From the NCBI RefSeq assembly GCF_036365525.1, contig NW_027142279.1:558001-622000 (forward strand): DNA of 64,000 nucleotides, given 5' to 3'. This stretch comes from Heterodontus francisci (Eukaryota). Under the pieces are notes generated by a model. The model saw nothing but the letters and a program-made list of their open reading frames with translations, did no database searches and was not told the origin of the DNA. Position 1 is the first letter of the stretch. Every line of letters begins with the position of its first letter. Shown here in pieces: positions 12,207-26,184 of this stretch. A program made the position numbers and the translations under genes.

Positions 12207-12659
12207 AGGACTCCAGGCACAGAAATACACGGCCGAGTGATTCTCCCGCAGGCTGGAGGACTCCAGGTTGAACTGGGAGTCAGTCGGCCTCTCGGCGGTG
12301 AAACCGCCCACCATCCCCTCTGGATCCACACAGTTAGCAGTACTGGAGTAAAACATCAACAGCGGCTCCTTCCCCGGGTATTGTCTGTACCAGTACATTC
12401 CAGCAGTACTGGTGCCCTCCACAGTGCACCTCAGTTCCACTGCCTCTCCACGCAATCTGGAGACAGCGGCGGGAGTCTGGTGGATAGTCTGTGAGTTCAC
12501 ATCTGGGAGAGAGATGGAGAGAAGAGCAGATCAGTAAACAGGAAACTTCTGGGAATGAAAGGGAGACAGGGAGAAGAGAGGAAAGTTATTAACGATAGTT
12601 TTTGTATTTCACACTCACTTACAATGAAACAGGATTATCAGACCCAGTAACTGATACAT
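12207..12659 (-). CDS. TRBV: TCR beta-type V segment V1 (family A, TRBV30-like); open frame but defective RSS
   Basis: Leader 12659-12623 MYQLLGLIILFH, GT-AG phase-1 intron, V exon 12502-12207 VNSQTIHQTP..LRCTVEGTS..WYRQ..YFCAWSP. Confidence 0.9.
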
Positions 12660-12734
12660 CTTTCACTATAACCTGTTCTCTTAATAGACACAGGAGTGAC
12701 AGCAGGAGCTTAGACTCTTGTGAAGGTCCAAATC

Positions 12735-12784
12735 CACTCTTTACAAATCATTGGGAGGAACTTGAAGAGCATTAGGAAGTGATA
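12735..12784 (-). promoter_or_regulatory. Conserved family A V promoter block (ETS-like ACTTCC plus CCAATGATTTGTAA)
   Basis: Same block about 75-125 bp upstream of every family A ATG (also near 39400, 41040, 46085, 49380, 51405). Confidence 0.55.
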
Positions 12785-13724
12785 CAATGTTGGAGACGCC
12801 CATTCACCCAGTTCAACAAATCAGAATTGAATTGGCTGCCATTCTGCTTCTCTCTCCCTCTATCGATCTATCTCTATCTCAGTTTACCTATCCAATTCGG
12901 CATAGGTAATGAATACTGACCTTGTCAGTGATGTGCACATCCCTGAATATGTGTTTTTATATAAAATTCCTCCTTCTCCATTTTTCTTTCACTGTTTTCT
13001 GACTTTGCTTCCCCTCTTTACTTCCTTCAGATCATCTGTTTTAGTATATCACAAGTGTTGGTCAAACCAGTCACTATGAACGAGCAGACTTGGGGAAATC
13101 CAGTTGTCTATTTTGTGTGGAATGGTTATGATTTTAATCTGTTTCAGTGTTAGTGGAATTGACTATTAGGTAGATTGGTCAAGTCACTGCTGCATTGTTC
13201 GCTCATTCTTTCCAGGAGCAAGTGGGACTCAGGCAGCGGTGGAGCTCCATCCCCATCTCGTGGCTGTAATGTGTAACTACAGGCACCTGAGATTTGCAAA
13301 GTGCAAATGATAAAATAGGCATTATGAAGACATGCTTTGAAATTGCTCCGTCTTCCCATTTTTTATACATTGCTTCGGCTGGTGACGCTGGTGATATCGA
13401 ATTAGATAGAATATGCAGAACAAATTCCGATGGGGCCATGTTCCAGACTAGGCTGGAGCAGATGGCAGTGTAGTTGGCATGTCACTGTGCTAGCAAACCA
13501 GAGGATGGGGCTAATCTCCAGGGGACATGCTTTCGAATCCCATGAGGTCAGATGGTGGAATTTAAATTCAATTAATGAATAAATACAATTATTTAATTGG
13601 AAAATCTGCAATTGAAAGTTAGTCTCAGTTAAGGTGCCCTGACACCCAGCTGGCTCACTCATGTCTTTTAGGGAAGGGAATCCACCATCATTACCTGGTC
13701 TGGCCTGCATGTGACTCAAGACCC

Positions 13725-14480
13725 ACAGAACACAAGAAATAGGAGCAGGTGTAGACCATATATCCCATCGAGCCTGCTCCGTCATTCAATACAATCATGG
13801 CTGATCTTGGGTTTCAATTCCACTTTCCTGCCTGCTCCCCATATCCCTTGATTTCCTGAGCGATCAAAAATCCCATACTTAAATGTATTCAATGAAGGAC
13901 CATCCACAGCACTCTGGGATAGAGAAATCCAAAGTTTCACAACCCTTTGAATGAAGTCATTTCTCCTCATCTAAGTCCAGAAAGATTGATCCCTTATCCT
14001 GAGATTTCTCACTGCCTCTTTTCTTGAAAAGCCGTGTAACATTTGTCAGCTTTCATTCCGATGGGACCATTCCTGAATCTTAGGAATTCTGGAAAATCAT
14101 AACCAGCGCCCCCACTCTCTCTGCAGCTATCTCTTTTAGAACTCTGGTATATAATCCATCTGTTCCAGGGGACTTGTCAGATTTTAATCCCTCAAGTTTC
14201 TCCAAAAGTTTTTCTCAATTGATATGAATATCCTTAATTTCCTCACTCTTTTTAGGCCCCAGATTACTGCCTATTTCTGGGATGGAACTTGTGTCTTCAA
14301 CTGTGAAGACAGGCACAAAATATTAGTTCAATGCCCCTGCTATTTCCCCATTCCTCATGATGATTTTTCCTGTCTTTACCTCTAATGAACCAACGTCAGC
14401 TTCAGATACTCCCTTGCTTTTTTTGTAAAAGCTCCGACCATCTGTTTTTATATTGCTGGTTAGCTTATTCTCATATTTTA
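13725..14480 (-). mobile_element. Degenerate CR1 fragments
   Basis: Minus ORF with FIQRVVKLW; CR1-type 3' UTR near 13730-13800. Confidence 0.75.
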
Positions 14481-15317
14481 TTCCCACATCCGATGAAAGA
14501 ACATAAACAATTTCTTCACCCAGCCCTATCAGTATGAGGTGCTATTTCCTGCTCCCTAATGTTTTTATCCAGCATCCATTTACATATATCTGGTTATACA
14601 CATCATTTATTTCTGTGTGCTAGTGAATTCCACATTCTTACCACTCTGTGTAAATTCATTTCTTGGAGTTATTAGTGAGTATGATGTATTCCTGGCCTTC
14701 CCTACAAGTGCAGACATCTTCGCACCTCTACCCTATCATATTCCTTCATAATCTTGAGCACCTCTATCAGGTCACCCCTCAGCCTTCTCTTGACTGGGGA
14801 AAAGAGTCCCAGACTTTTCAATCTTTCCTGATAGTTATAACCTTTTGTGCTCTGGTATCATTCTTGTAAATCGTTTTTGCACTTCTGCTCGTACCTCTCA
14901 TTGTAATGTGGAGACCAGCACTCTGCACAGCACTGCAGATTTGGTCCAACCAAGGTCGATGGAGACCAGAACTGTACACAGGGTTCCAGAAGCGCTCTAA
15001 GTAAGGTATTTGTAAGTCTGAACTGTCCTCAGCACTTCAGGCGTCGTCTACACAAAGCATATCGAGCTGAGAATTGTGCACAGAGCTCCAGGTGTGGTCT
15101 AACCGAGGTACGTTTTGAATTGCATTTCTATGAGCCATTATTCAGTTGTGGGCACAGAGAGTGTGTGATGTCTGTCTGGAGGTTGTGGGGAGTTAGAACA
15201 TGGGCGTTCTGCCACTCGAACGGGCACTGAACAGGTGCAGATCCGCATCCGATCAGCCAGGGCTGCTCTTCACCGAATGCTGAGTTAAATGCACCCGTTT
15301 GAAGGGAGACGTATGAG

Positions 15318-15356
15318 GGTTTTTGTCAAGGCGGACAATGACTCTGAACCATTGTG
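15318..15356 (-). promoter_or_regulatory. 23-RSS of V2
   Basis: CACAATG-23 bp-ACAAAAACC. Confidence 0.9.
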
Positions 15357-16089
15357 TCCCATCACCAGCTGCCCAGAAATACACCGCCTCGTCCGTGGCG
15401 TTCACACTCTCGATCGTCAGAGTGGATTTCTTATTGTCCAGAGTCCTGGTAATAACAAACCCGCTCTTAAATCCATCTTCATACTGAGGTTCATTGCTGA
15501 GAAAGTTAAACCCGATTAACAGGAATCCTCTGCTGGGGGACTGACGATACCAGTACATGTTATCGCGAACTGCTCCTTTCTGCAGACAGTTCATTTCCAC
15601 GGGTCCTGGTTGTTTACCAGCCAGTGACTGAGGCCATTGATGTATCACATCACCCCGGCAAACACCTAGAAAGAGAAATTAGAGGGAATGAACTAGTATC
15701 GATGGAGATACAATTGCGACGATGGGCGTCGGTGTTGCACCGAATTAACGACGGAAATTCGGTCTGTGTCCTAATTTCCTACAAGAACCTGGATCTTTAC
15801 AACTGTAAAATAGAATTGTGCAATCCAAAAGCTTGCAAGTGGTGCAAACATTAAAGAGTTAAAATCATATTAATAACACTTGTCTTCCCAAACTAGGGGA
15901 CAGATGAATGAGTTCACTGTCTTATATTAAATAATCGATTACTGATTTCACAAGTCACCGCCACTCAGTTTTATTAAGATCATTAATCATCCCTTTCAGT
16001 TGATCAAATGTAGAAGAGTGATTGGGACAGAATTTTAACCTACTCAGCCCCAGAAGGGAAATAACAAAGACGATGAAACTGAAAGGCAT
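15357..16089 (-). pseudogene. TRBV: TCR beta-type V segment V2 (singleton); open frame but second Cys replaced by Trp
   Basis: Leader 16089-16044 MPFSFIVFVISLLGL, V exon 15665-15357 DVIHQWP..MNCLQ..WYRQ..YEDGFKSGF..DEAVYFWAAGDG; TGG at 15375-15373. Confidence 0.8.
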
Positions 16090-16357
16090 GTTTGCGGTGG
16101 ATCTGAGAGACTTTCTGCTGGTTACTCTGGGTTTTAAGGGAGGGAGAGAGATGAGGTGTAGGCAGATCGGATCGTCATAAGAGGAAGTTATCTCAAGGCA
16201 ATGATCCCCGCCCCTACCTTTAAGTTGTTCCCGCATTCTTTTGCTTGCTTCCTTATGCTACCTTTTCCTTCTTTCTTCTCTCCCCTTGTCTCCCCCCTCG
16301 CCACTTTCTGAGCTCGTGTTCACACCGAAGCCAGGAGATCGATCGATCGATCGCTCG

Positions 16358-16392
<35 letters not shown>

Positions 16393-16729
16393 GTCTGTCT
16401 GTCTACCTTCCTCGCCAGCTATCTGTCTGTCTATGCTGCCTATGGAATGGTGCTGTACACCAATTGAATTCCGTATTTTAAGTACACTGCTCTCTGAAAT
16501 GACCCAGCAAGCCCTTCAGTTATCTACAAGGCAGCAGACACCTTCTCCAGGGCAATTAGCGATGTTGAATAACTGCTGGCCTTCTCAGAGGGACCCTGGT
16601 CCCCAGAATGAATAAAAAAAATCAAAGCAAGAGAAGAGATAGCAGAGGATCTGACCATCATTGTCCAGTTCTTAATTGGCTGTTAACTGTTTTGGGGCGT
16701 CTTGAAGTCGTGGAAGAGCTGAAATAATT

Positions 16730-17260
16730 TCTTTTTCTTATTCGTTCATGGGACGTGAATTTCTTTTGCAAGACCAGCAATTATTTGCCCTTGAGAAGGT
16801 GGTGATGAGCTGCCTTTTTGCAACACTGCAGTCCATGTGGGGGAGGTACACCCACAGTGCTGTTAGGAAGGGAGTTCCAGGATTTTGACCCAGTGACAGT
16901 GAAGAAACGGCAATATAGTTCCAAGTCAGGATGGTGTGTTGCTTGGAGGGGAACTTGCAGGTGGTGGTGTTCCCATGAGTCTACTGCCCTTGTCCTTCTG
17001 GTGGTAGAGTTGGTGGGCTTGGAAGGTGCTGTCTAAGGACACTCGATGCTTTGCTGCAGTGCATCTTGTAGATGGTATACACTGCTGCCACTGTGGTGAA
17101 GGGAGTGAGTGTTGAAGGTGGTAGGTGGGGTACTGAACAACCGGGCTGCTATGTCCTGGATCGTGTTGAGCTTCCTGAGTGTTGTTGGAGCTGCATCATC
17201 CAGGCAAATGGAGAGTATTCCATCACACTCCTGACTTGTACCTTGTAGATGATTGATACT
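16730..17260 (-). mobile_element. LINE 3' relic, same family as 30770-31325
   Basis: Reverse-complement similarity to the 30.8-31.3 kb element. Confidence 0.7.
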
Positions 17261-17615
17261 CTATCCATCGCTTCACAATGGTGATGTAAACTATCTGTCT
17301 TATTTACATCATTAATTAACCTTTTAATTAATCAAGTATAGGACAGAGACTGTGACTCAGTTTTAACATACTCAGTGCCAGAAATTAAACGGTGCAGACG
17401 AGGACTTTGAAATTTTGCAGGGGATCTGAGACACATCTCTCTCTTTCCTTCTCTCTCTGTTCCTCGGACCTTGTGCTATTCCCTGTCATTCAGCCCATGA
17501 TGAAGGTTCAGGAATCCGGGAATCACCAGCTTGGAAAACGGCCGGTGAGGCAGGGAGAGACATAAACCATTGTCACTGCTCCTGTATGTCAGTCAGTTGT
17601 GTTGTTCACCCTGTT

Positions 17616-17654
17616 GGTTTTTGTACTGGCACTAAGGCAGTCTGCAGCGCTGTG
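17616..17654 (-). promoter_or_regulatory. 23-RSS of V3
   Basis: CACAGCG-23 bp-ACAAAAACC. Confidence 0.9.
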
Positions 17655-18470
17655 CTCCCTGGCTGCACAGTAATACACCGCCGCATCCACAGCCTTAACC
17701 TTGAGGACCCTCAGGCTGCATCGTTTGTCCTCGGGCCTTATAATCTTCACCTCCTCTTCAAATTTTCCTTCGTACGTGGGTGAGCTTCCAGTGTAAGAAT
17801 AGCCCATTAGGGTGAGCCCCTGCCCGGCATACTGCCGATACCACAGCATAACGCTCTTACTACTGTCATTCTGGTAACAGTTTAATTCTGCTGCTTCGCC
17901 TCTCTTCACTGCCACCAGAGTTGGCCACTGGTGTATCACCTCTGCTAGAGTTTTGCCTTGAGAAATAAGGAGAATAGTTTAAAAAGTTTAGAACATATTG
18001 TGACATATGATAACCAACTATAACTATCAAAATAGTTAAGTAGATAATACTAGATAACTATATAGGCAGACAATATATAGTTAAATGATATATTGGTAGA
18101 TATATAGATAATAAACAGATAGATATAGAGATTGAAAAATAATGTAGCAAGTGATATGAGAGAGACAAATTAACCCAGAATTAGGGCAAACTTATCGGTT
18201 AAAGATAGCTGTAGTAGCGTCACGAATATATAAGTAACTTTCATTCAGTCAAAAATTTCATTAAGCCAATATTATTTACAGTGAAATTACGTTATGTAGT
18301 TCAAGAAATGACAGAAAATCGACTTCAATGATGTTTTATCAATCTAGTTTGGAAGAAGTTAGCAGTGAATGAAAACACAGCATGTATTTTAGCACAGGTA
18401 TCTTTATGAACGATGAATACCTACATGGAAGAAGAGAACAGACGATTAGGAAGAGTTTGACTAACTGCAT
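17655..18470 (-). CDS. TRBV: TCR beta-type V segment V3 (singleton), apparently functional
   Basis: Leader 18470-18425 MQLVKLFLIVCSLLP, V exon 17956-17655 EVIHQWP..LNCYQ..WYRQ..DAAVYYCAARE. Confidence 0.92.
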
Positions 18471-19414
18471 CCTGCAGACTGCGGGCTGAATCTGTTCATG
18501 AATCAATATCAGGCGGCTGAAGATAAAGCAGAGAGCGGAAATGACAGCACTGGAAACAGGGTTTCCTTCTGACCCCTCACTTCTGGGTATGACAGAATAA
18601 TAACACCCCCTGGTCGGAAGGAGCTTGAATAAGGAAATGCTTCCCGTTTGTATCTGGCTCCCGTTGCTTGTGTCTGATTGGTGTTGAAGGGTAGCTCTTT
18701 CGAAAAACCGGGCCAGGCTCAATGGGCTGAATGGCCTCGGCTCTGCTGTAGGATTCGATAAATATATAAGACACATCAAGTTGCTTGTTTGTATTAGGCA
18801 GATCAAAATTTATTTCCCCTGGGCTAAACGACAATTCAAGGGTTATGTTTTACATTGGGGTGAAATCTTAGATACTTTGAAAAGCGACAGTGTCATGAAG
18901 AAGTGGGTTAACTGTTTTAAACAGATGCTCAAACCGCCGTCAGGAGGCAGGTGTTCCAGTGAGAGACCTATCTGGGGAGGTGTCTCACTTTTGCATTGTA
19001 TGAATCATTGGGGACATGTACAACAGGGAGCTATGTGTAACTCTTGTCACATACCACCGACAGCTCATTCAACAGGACCATGAACCCATTTACCCCACCT
19101 CGTAATCTGTTCTTTACAGGTAGAGGCTGCCTTAACGAGAAGGACCTGAGCACATTGCTGCAGCATTTTTAATAATTCATAATGTATTGATGTAATCTGA
19201 GTCGAAGGAGAGCAAGAAGATGAAACTATCAGTAAAATACAAATCATGATATATCAATAATTAAACTGGTATGGTGTAAATAATGGTCTTAGATTGATGA
19301 TAAACGTCAGATATATGGTGGATGCATATTTAGAGAGGTGAGAGACAGAGAGATAAATCGATGGCAAATATATATATATGATCAAGATAAATAGATAGAT
19401 AAATGGTGCAATAT

Positions 19415-19545
19415 NNNNNNNNNNNNNNNNNNNNNNNNNNNNNNNNNNNNNNNNNNNNNNNNNNNNNNNNNNNNNNNNNNNNNNNNNNNNNNNNNNNNNN
19501 NNNNNNNNNNNNNNNNNNNNNNNNNNNNNNNNNNNNNNNNNNNNN
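19415..19545. other. Assembly gap
   Basis: Run of N. Confidence 0.99.
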
Positions 19546-19637
19546 GACACAGAAACTCGCAGATAGTCAGAGAGACAGAAAGACACTGAGATAGACAGAC
19601 AGGTTTATCTCCCACAAGTGCTTTCCTCCCCCTTTAG

Positions 19638-19676
19638 AGTTTTTGCTGAACTCCGGCGCCTTTCTGAGTCACTGTG
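19638..19676 (-). promoter_or_regulatory. 23-RSS of V4
   Basis: CACAGTG-23 bp-GCAAAAACT. Confidence 0.9.
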
Positions 19677-20300
19677 CAGTCTCCAGGCACAGTAATACAC
19701 GGCTGATTGATTCGCCCACAGGCTGGAGGACTCCAGGTAAAACTGGGTGTTGTCGGGTCTCCTGGCGGTGAAACCGTCCACCTCACCAGAGGGAATGACC
19801 GTTCCAGCGAGGTTGGAATAGAAAAGGTTCTCGGGATCACGGTCCGGATGCCACCGGTACCAGTAGAAATAGGAGCCAACATCTGCCTTTGTGTAAACGC
19901 ACTGGATACTGACTGGAGAGCCTGGGGAATGGGATATGGAAGCGGGAGTCTGTTGGATCAACACGGCCCCCACATCTGTAAAACAGAGAGAGAGAGAAAG
20001 AGATTTACCCAGGGACATTGTCTCTATCGTTACAAACAAGAAGAGGTAGAAGTGGGCTGAGAGAGAGAGAGAGAGAGAGCGCTGGGGACCAGTTAGAGGC
20101 AGAGAGGCAGAGATAAAGGCAAAGAGAGAGAGAGAGAGAGAATGAGAGACAGAGAAAGAAATATAGAGGGAGAAGGAGAGAGACAAAGACAGACAGAGAC
20201 TGAGAAGCAGAGACACATGTACATCATTGTAACCTCACAGTTCAGACACCTCCTTACCCGTTAACACCAACAACACAACCCAGAGCTGAGAGACAGCCAT
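19677..20300 (-). CDS. TRBV: TCR beta-type V segment V4 (family B), apparently functional
   Basis: Leader 20300-20258 MAVSQLWVVLLVLT, V exon 19975-19677 VLIQQTP..IQCVY..WYRW..NQSAVYYCAWRL. Confidence 0.92.
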
Positions 20301-21589
20301 CTCTGGAGGGTAAAGGATCCGTGTGGTTTTATATGAAGTGACTGAGCACTTTTATTGCAGAGTATCTCAAAGTTCTGGGCACTGACTGAAATTCACAGCT
20401 TCCCTCTCCATCACTTTATCATACAGATAGGCGGGACCCAGTTTTCTTTCATTTCCGGGGAGGGACCAATGTTAGACTCCTGGTAATCGCTTTCTGGAAC
20501 TGCAATTCTGTTTCATTGACATCTGCAGCCCGATCATTCGGAGCCCTGTCCAAATATGTGCACACAGTACACCAGGTGTGTTCTCACCAAGACCCAATGC
20601 AAGTGTAATACGACTTCCTTATTCTTGTACTCCCATCCCCCATGAAACAAAGACCAACATGCCTGTAATTCAACAGAAGCACTTCATTGGCTGTCGAACT
20701 CCTTGGTAAGTTCCAGATCGGCTTTCCAACTTTCTCCTCTCTTTCAGATACTGACGTTGACTATATAGAATTGCAGACAATATAGAACACAGCATCAGGT
20801 GAACGGATCTATACAGGTGTTAATGTTCCACAGATACATCCTTTCATAACTCTTTATCTCAACCTCTCAGCATCTCCTGTCAGTCCTTTCTGCCTCGTAT
20901 GTCTACTGGTTTCCCACTGAATACTATTTACCTCCACCACTGCCTGTGGTGGTGAGTTCCCCATTCTCACCAATCTCTGGGGAATGAAGTTTGTCCTGAA
21001 TTCACGTTTGGATTTTTAGTGAGTATCTTATGCCTTATAATTCTGGTCTTTAGCCTCAAGTGAAAATATCTTGTCTACGTCTATCCTATCAAACCTATTA
21101 ATAATATTAAAGACTTCTTATCTGGGCACCCCTCATTTCTAGAGAAGAACCCCAGCCTGTTCGATCTTTACTGCTATGTATAATTATACCGTGATCTAAA
21201 TGTGGCCTAACCAATGTATATAGACGCCAGAACTGTGCATAGTGCTCCAGTTGTGATCTAACCAATGTATAATGAGAGCGGAACAGTGCACAGTTCTCCA
21301 AATGAAGTCGAACCAAGGTATGAGGAGACCTGAAATGTTGACAGTGCACCCAGTGTGTTTTAACCAAGGAGGTTGGAGGCCAAACATGTGCAAATTCCAA
21401 TTTTGGAACCCAGGTACATGAAGATAAAACTGTGGATGAGGCCCTGCTCTCTGAGTTCTTGGAAAAATTCCGTGAGTTTGAAGTCAGTCTGTGTGTGGTT
21501 CTTTGTCTAGACAGTGGATAACTCTGAACTGCTTTGTCCCATCAGTCACTTTACATAAATATTCCTCCACATTGACCTTACCTTGGAGA

Positions 21590-22190
21590 TCCTACAGTGG
21601 ACACCTCAAGGCACAGGAGAAGTAACACCAGAGGTGCCTCCGCATTAACCTCCAAATCCAGTGGCAAGACAGGTGGTCCAACAGCATCGTGCTCTCCCAA
21701 ACCAACCTGCCTCGTGTCAGGGCGCGAAACACCCCACACCAGCTCCACTGACTGGGACATGTCATTCACATTCCTGCCACCAGACTCCCCAAAGCAGCAG
21801 TTCTACTCAGAACTTAGCCGTGTCAGGAGACTCCCAGGAGGACAGCGGAAACGCTTTAGAGATGTCCTCACAGGATCCCTGGAGAGATGAAACATCCGCG
21901 TCGACTCCTTGGAGACCCTGGCTCCTGACCAAGCCCAGATGGAGAAAGGACAAACGGGAAGGCATTGGACACCTCGAGGAACTTAAGGAACATGCAGAGG
22001 TAAGGCCGAGGCATCGGAGGGAGCGCACAAACCTGCAAACTACTCACCTACCTGATCCTACAAGCACCACCTGCACCTCATGTGACAGAGTCTGCAGATC
22101 ATACACTGAACTCATCAGCCATCTCAGAACCCATTGAACCGGAGTGGAAGCAAGTCATCCTCAATCCCGGGGGAATGCCTAAGAAGGGGA
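21590..22190 (+). mobile_element. RTE-clade LINE 3' relic
   Basis: PKQQFYSEL..GGQRKRFRDVL and C2H2-like CTSCDRVCRSYTELISHLRTH. Confidence 0.75.
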
Positions 22191-24241
22191 ACTCTTTCCG
22201 GCTTCCTGGTTAATTTATTGTTTTGCACCATTCTGCAAAAGCAAACCCGCTCTGAAAACCTCAACATACTGAGTTTCACCTCCTCAATGAACAGACCTGA
22301 TTAATACAGCCCCTCGACCGGCGGGGTGAGGATATCACAACATGTCAGTGTGAAGCCTTCTGTTCTGAAAACTGTCTCTCACTTGATCACATGAAGTGAG
22401 CACCAGATCTCCCGTTATTCCACCTGGAAACAGGGAACATGGGGGGCAAAATGCTACTTTACACTTGGCACGATAGATGTGGGAGTTGTGCTAAAGTCAG
22501 GATGGACATTCAGACTCTCTCCTAGTTTCCTATAAACTCCTGGGACAGTGCAATTGTAAAATAGAAACTGGAAATCTGCAAACTGGCATCTGGGTGCAAC
22601 TATTTCAAGGTTGGACTGATATTAATGTCACTTAATGCCCCCAAAAGGATCAGATTTAAAGCTCATTTACCTGATATCAAATCATTGATTTGTTTGACAT
22701 CGCCAGAATATTTTGTGTGAAATAGTTGAGAAGTGAAACATTTCAGAAGCAGCCAAGTTGACCTGCAGAGCTGCTGTGGGTAAAGTTCACTCTGTCTGAG
22801 CATGTTGTGGGCAGCGGCGACAGTGGAGTAACACTGGCACCTAGTGGCTCCACGTGCAACTGCAAGCACCGATTCTGCAGGCGTTTCAGTCTCAGACTCT
22901 AAAATTGTATCAGTCATTGGCTTTATCCTCCTACTCGACTCCCGTTTGCGCTTGTGGCATAGAACCAGATGGAAGTTAATGCACTCTTCCGCGCCATTCG
23001 GCCCGACATCTCTCTGCTTCACTCAAGCCTCAACCAGTCAAATACATTTTGAAGTGCAGTCACTGTTGTAATGTCGGGAAGGAGGCAGACAAGCTGCAAG
23101 ATCAAGTGCAGGGTTATTCAGAAAGAACAGGGAGTGGGAGTAATTGGACAGGGAAGATGAAAACCAGGGATCATAAATGTAAGGTTGTCCTTAATAAATC
23201 CAATTGGGAATTCAGAAGGAGGTTCTTTAACCCAGGGAGCGGTGAGAATGTGGAATTACAGACCAAATGGAATGGGTTGAGGTCGAATAGAGACAATACT
23301 GTTAAGGGGGGAGCTGAATAAATACATGAGTGAGAAAGGAATAGGAGAATCTGTTGATAGGGTAAGATGAAGAGAGATGGGAGGAGGTCGCTCTTTCGAA
23401 CAGCCAGGCCTGGATCGATGGGCTGAATGGCCTGGATTTGTCCTGCATGACACGATGACCCAATAAGACCCGTCAGCCTGCTGCCTTGTTTCAGATCCAA
23501 GACAGTTTCATTCCCCACCCACCCCCGCCCACTTGTGCTAAACGGGAGCTAAAGGGTTAAGTTCTTCACCGCACTGAACTCCAGTCATTGTGAAAATTCT
23601 TCAAAAGACACCGAGAGACTGAGAGACAAGTGGGTTAACAGTTTTGAACAGATGCTGAAGCCGCCGTCTGGAGGCAGGTGTTCCAGTCAGAGACGGATCT
23701 GGAGAGGTGTTTCGACTTTGCACTGTATGAATCATCAGAGACATGATTAAAGGTTCCAAGATCAACCATTTCCTATTTGTATGGACTTGTGTCCATTAGA
23801 GTAATGAGGATAAGGGGAGATTTTCAAGATGTGGTCAGAAGTGTCTTGATAGAGAAACTGTATCCAGAGGGTAGTATCTACTGTCAGGAGGGTCGATAAA
23901 CCAGGGACCAAGAATTGAAGGTAATTGGGAAAGGAACCAGAGTGGGAGATGAGTGGAATCTTTCTCCTCAGTGAATTGTTATCATGTGGAGGACACTGAC
24001 TGAAAGGGCGGTGGAAGACCATCCAATAGTAACTTCCAGATGTCAATTGGAGAAGTAGATGAAGGGGAGATTTATTAGTGCAATGGAGAACTAGTCAGTG
24101 AATGGGAACTAGTCAGACAACTCTGTCAAAGAGCCAGTTCATTCAACAGCAGACATAGAAACTGACAGATAGTCAGAGTGATAGAATGACACCCCAGATA
24201 GACAGGTCTATCTCCCATAAGTGAGTTCTGTCAATGTTTAG

Positions 24242-24280
24242 AGTTTTTGCTGAACTCCGGCGCCTTTCTGAGTCACTGTG
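24242..24280 (-). promoter_or_regulatory. 23-RSS of V5
   Basis: CACAGTG-23 bp-GCAAAAACT. Confidence 0.9.
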
Positions 24281-24894
24281 CTGACTCCAGGCACAGTAAT
24301 ACACTGCTGATTGATTCGCCAACAGGCTGGAGGACTCCAGGTAAAAATGGGTGTTGTCGGGTATCCTAGTGGTGAAACCGTCCACCTCACCGGAGGGGTT
24401 GACCGTTCCGGCGGGGTAGGAATAGAAAAGATTCTCGGGCTCACGGTCCGGATGCCACCGGTACCAGTAGAAATAGGACGTAGCAGTTGCTTCAGTGTAA
24501 ATACACTGGATCCTGACTGGAGATCCTGGGGAATGGGATATGGAAGCAGGAGTCTGTTGGATCAACACGGCCCCCACTTCTGTAAAACAGAGAGGGAACG
24601 AGGGAGATAAACCCAAGGACAATGTCAATAAAGATATCAACAAGAAGAGGTAGAGGCGGGCAGACAGAGAGATAAAGAGAGAGGTGGGGACCAGTTGGAG
24701 GCAGAGATAAAGGCAGAGAGAGAGATAGAGAGATAATGAGAGACAGAGAAAGAATTATAGAGGGAGAAGGAGAGAGACAAAGACAGACAGAGACTGAGAA
24801 GCAGAGACACATGTACATCATTGTCACCTCACAGTTCAGACACCTCCTTACCCGTTAACACCAACAACACAACCCAGAGCTGAGACAAAGACAT
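24281..24894 (-). CDS. TRBV: TCR beta-type V segment V5 (family B), apparently functional
   Basis: Leader 24894-24852 MSLSQLWVVLLVLT, V exon 24579-24281 ending NQSAVYYCAWSQ. Confidence 0.92.
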
Positions 24895-26184
24895 CTCTGG
24901 AGGGTGAAGGATCCGTGTGGTTTTATATGAAATGACTGAGCACTTTTATTGTCGAGTATCTCAAAGTTCTGGGCACAGACTGAAATTCACAGCTTCCTTC
25001 TCCATCACTTTATCATTCGGATAGGCGGGACCCAGTTTTCTTTCATTTCCGGGGAGGGACCAATGTTAGACTCCTGGTAATCGCTTTCTGGAACTGCAGT
25101 TCTGTGTCATTGACATCTGCAGCCCGATCATTCGGAGCTCTCTCCAAATATGTGCACCTAGTACTCCAGGTGTGTTCTCACCAAGACCCAATACAAATGT
25201 AATACGACTTCCTTATTCTTGTACTCCCATCCCCCTTGCAATAAAGACCAACATGCCTGAAATTCAACAGAAGCACTTCATTGGCTGTAGAACTCCTTGG
25301 GAAGTTCCAGATCGGCTTTCCAACTTTCTCCCCTCTTTCAGATACTGACGTTGACTATATAGAATTGCAGACAATATAGAACACAGCATCAGGTGAACGG
25401 ATCTATACAGGTGTTGATGTTCCACAGATACATCCTTTCATCCCTCTTTATCTCATCTTCTCAGCATCTCCTGTCAATCCTTTCTGCCTCGTATGTCTAC
25501 TAGTATCCCACTGAATACTATTTGCCTCCACCACTGCCTATGGTGGTTCGTTCCCCATTCTCACCAATCTCTGGGTAATGAAGTTTGTCCTGAATTCACG
25601 TCTGGATTTGTACTGAGTATTTTATACCTTATAGTTCTGGTCTTGGGCCTCAAGTGAAAATATCTTCTCTACGACTATCCTATCAAACCTATTAATAATA
25701 TTAAAGACTTCTTATCTGGGCACCCCTCATTTCTAGAGAAGGACCCCTGCCTGTTCGATCTCTACTGTTATGTATAATTATACCGTGATCTAAATGTGGT
25801 CTAACCAATGTATATAGACGCCAGAACTGTGCTCAGTGCTCCAGTTGTGATCTAACCAATGTATAATGAGAATGGAACAGTGCACAGTTCTCCAAATGAA
25901 GTCTAACCAAGGAATGAGGAGTCCTGAAATGTTCACAGTGCACCCAGTGTGTTTTACCCAAGGAGGTTGGAGGCCAAACATGTGCAAATTCCAATTTTGG
26001 AACCCAGGTACATGATGATAAAACTGTGGATCAGGCCCTGCTCTTTGAGTTCGTGGAAAAATTACGTGAGTTTGAGGTCAGTCTGTATGTGGTTCTTTGT
26101 CTAGACAGTGGATAACTCTGAACTGCTTTGTCCTGTCAGTCACTGTAAATAAATGCACCTCCACATTTACCTTACCTTGGAGAA

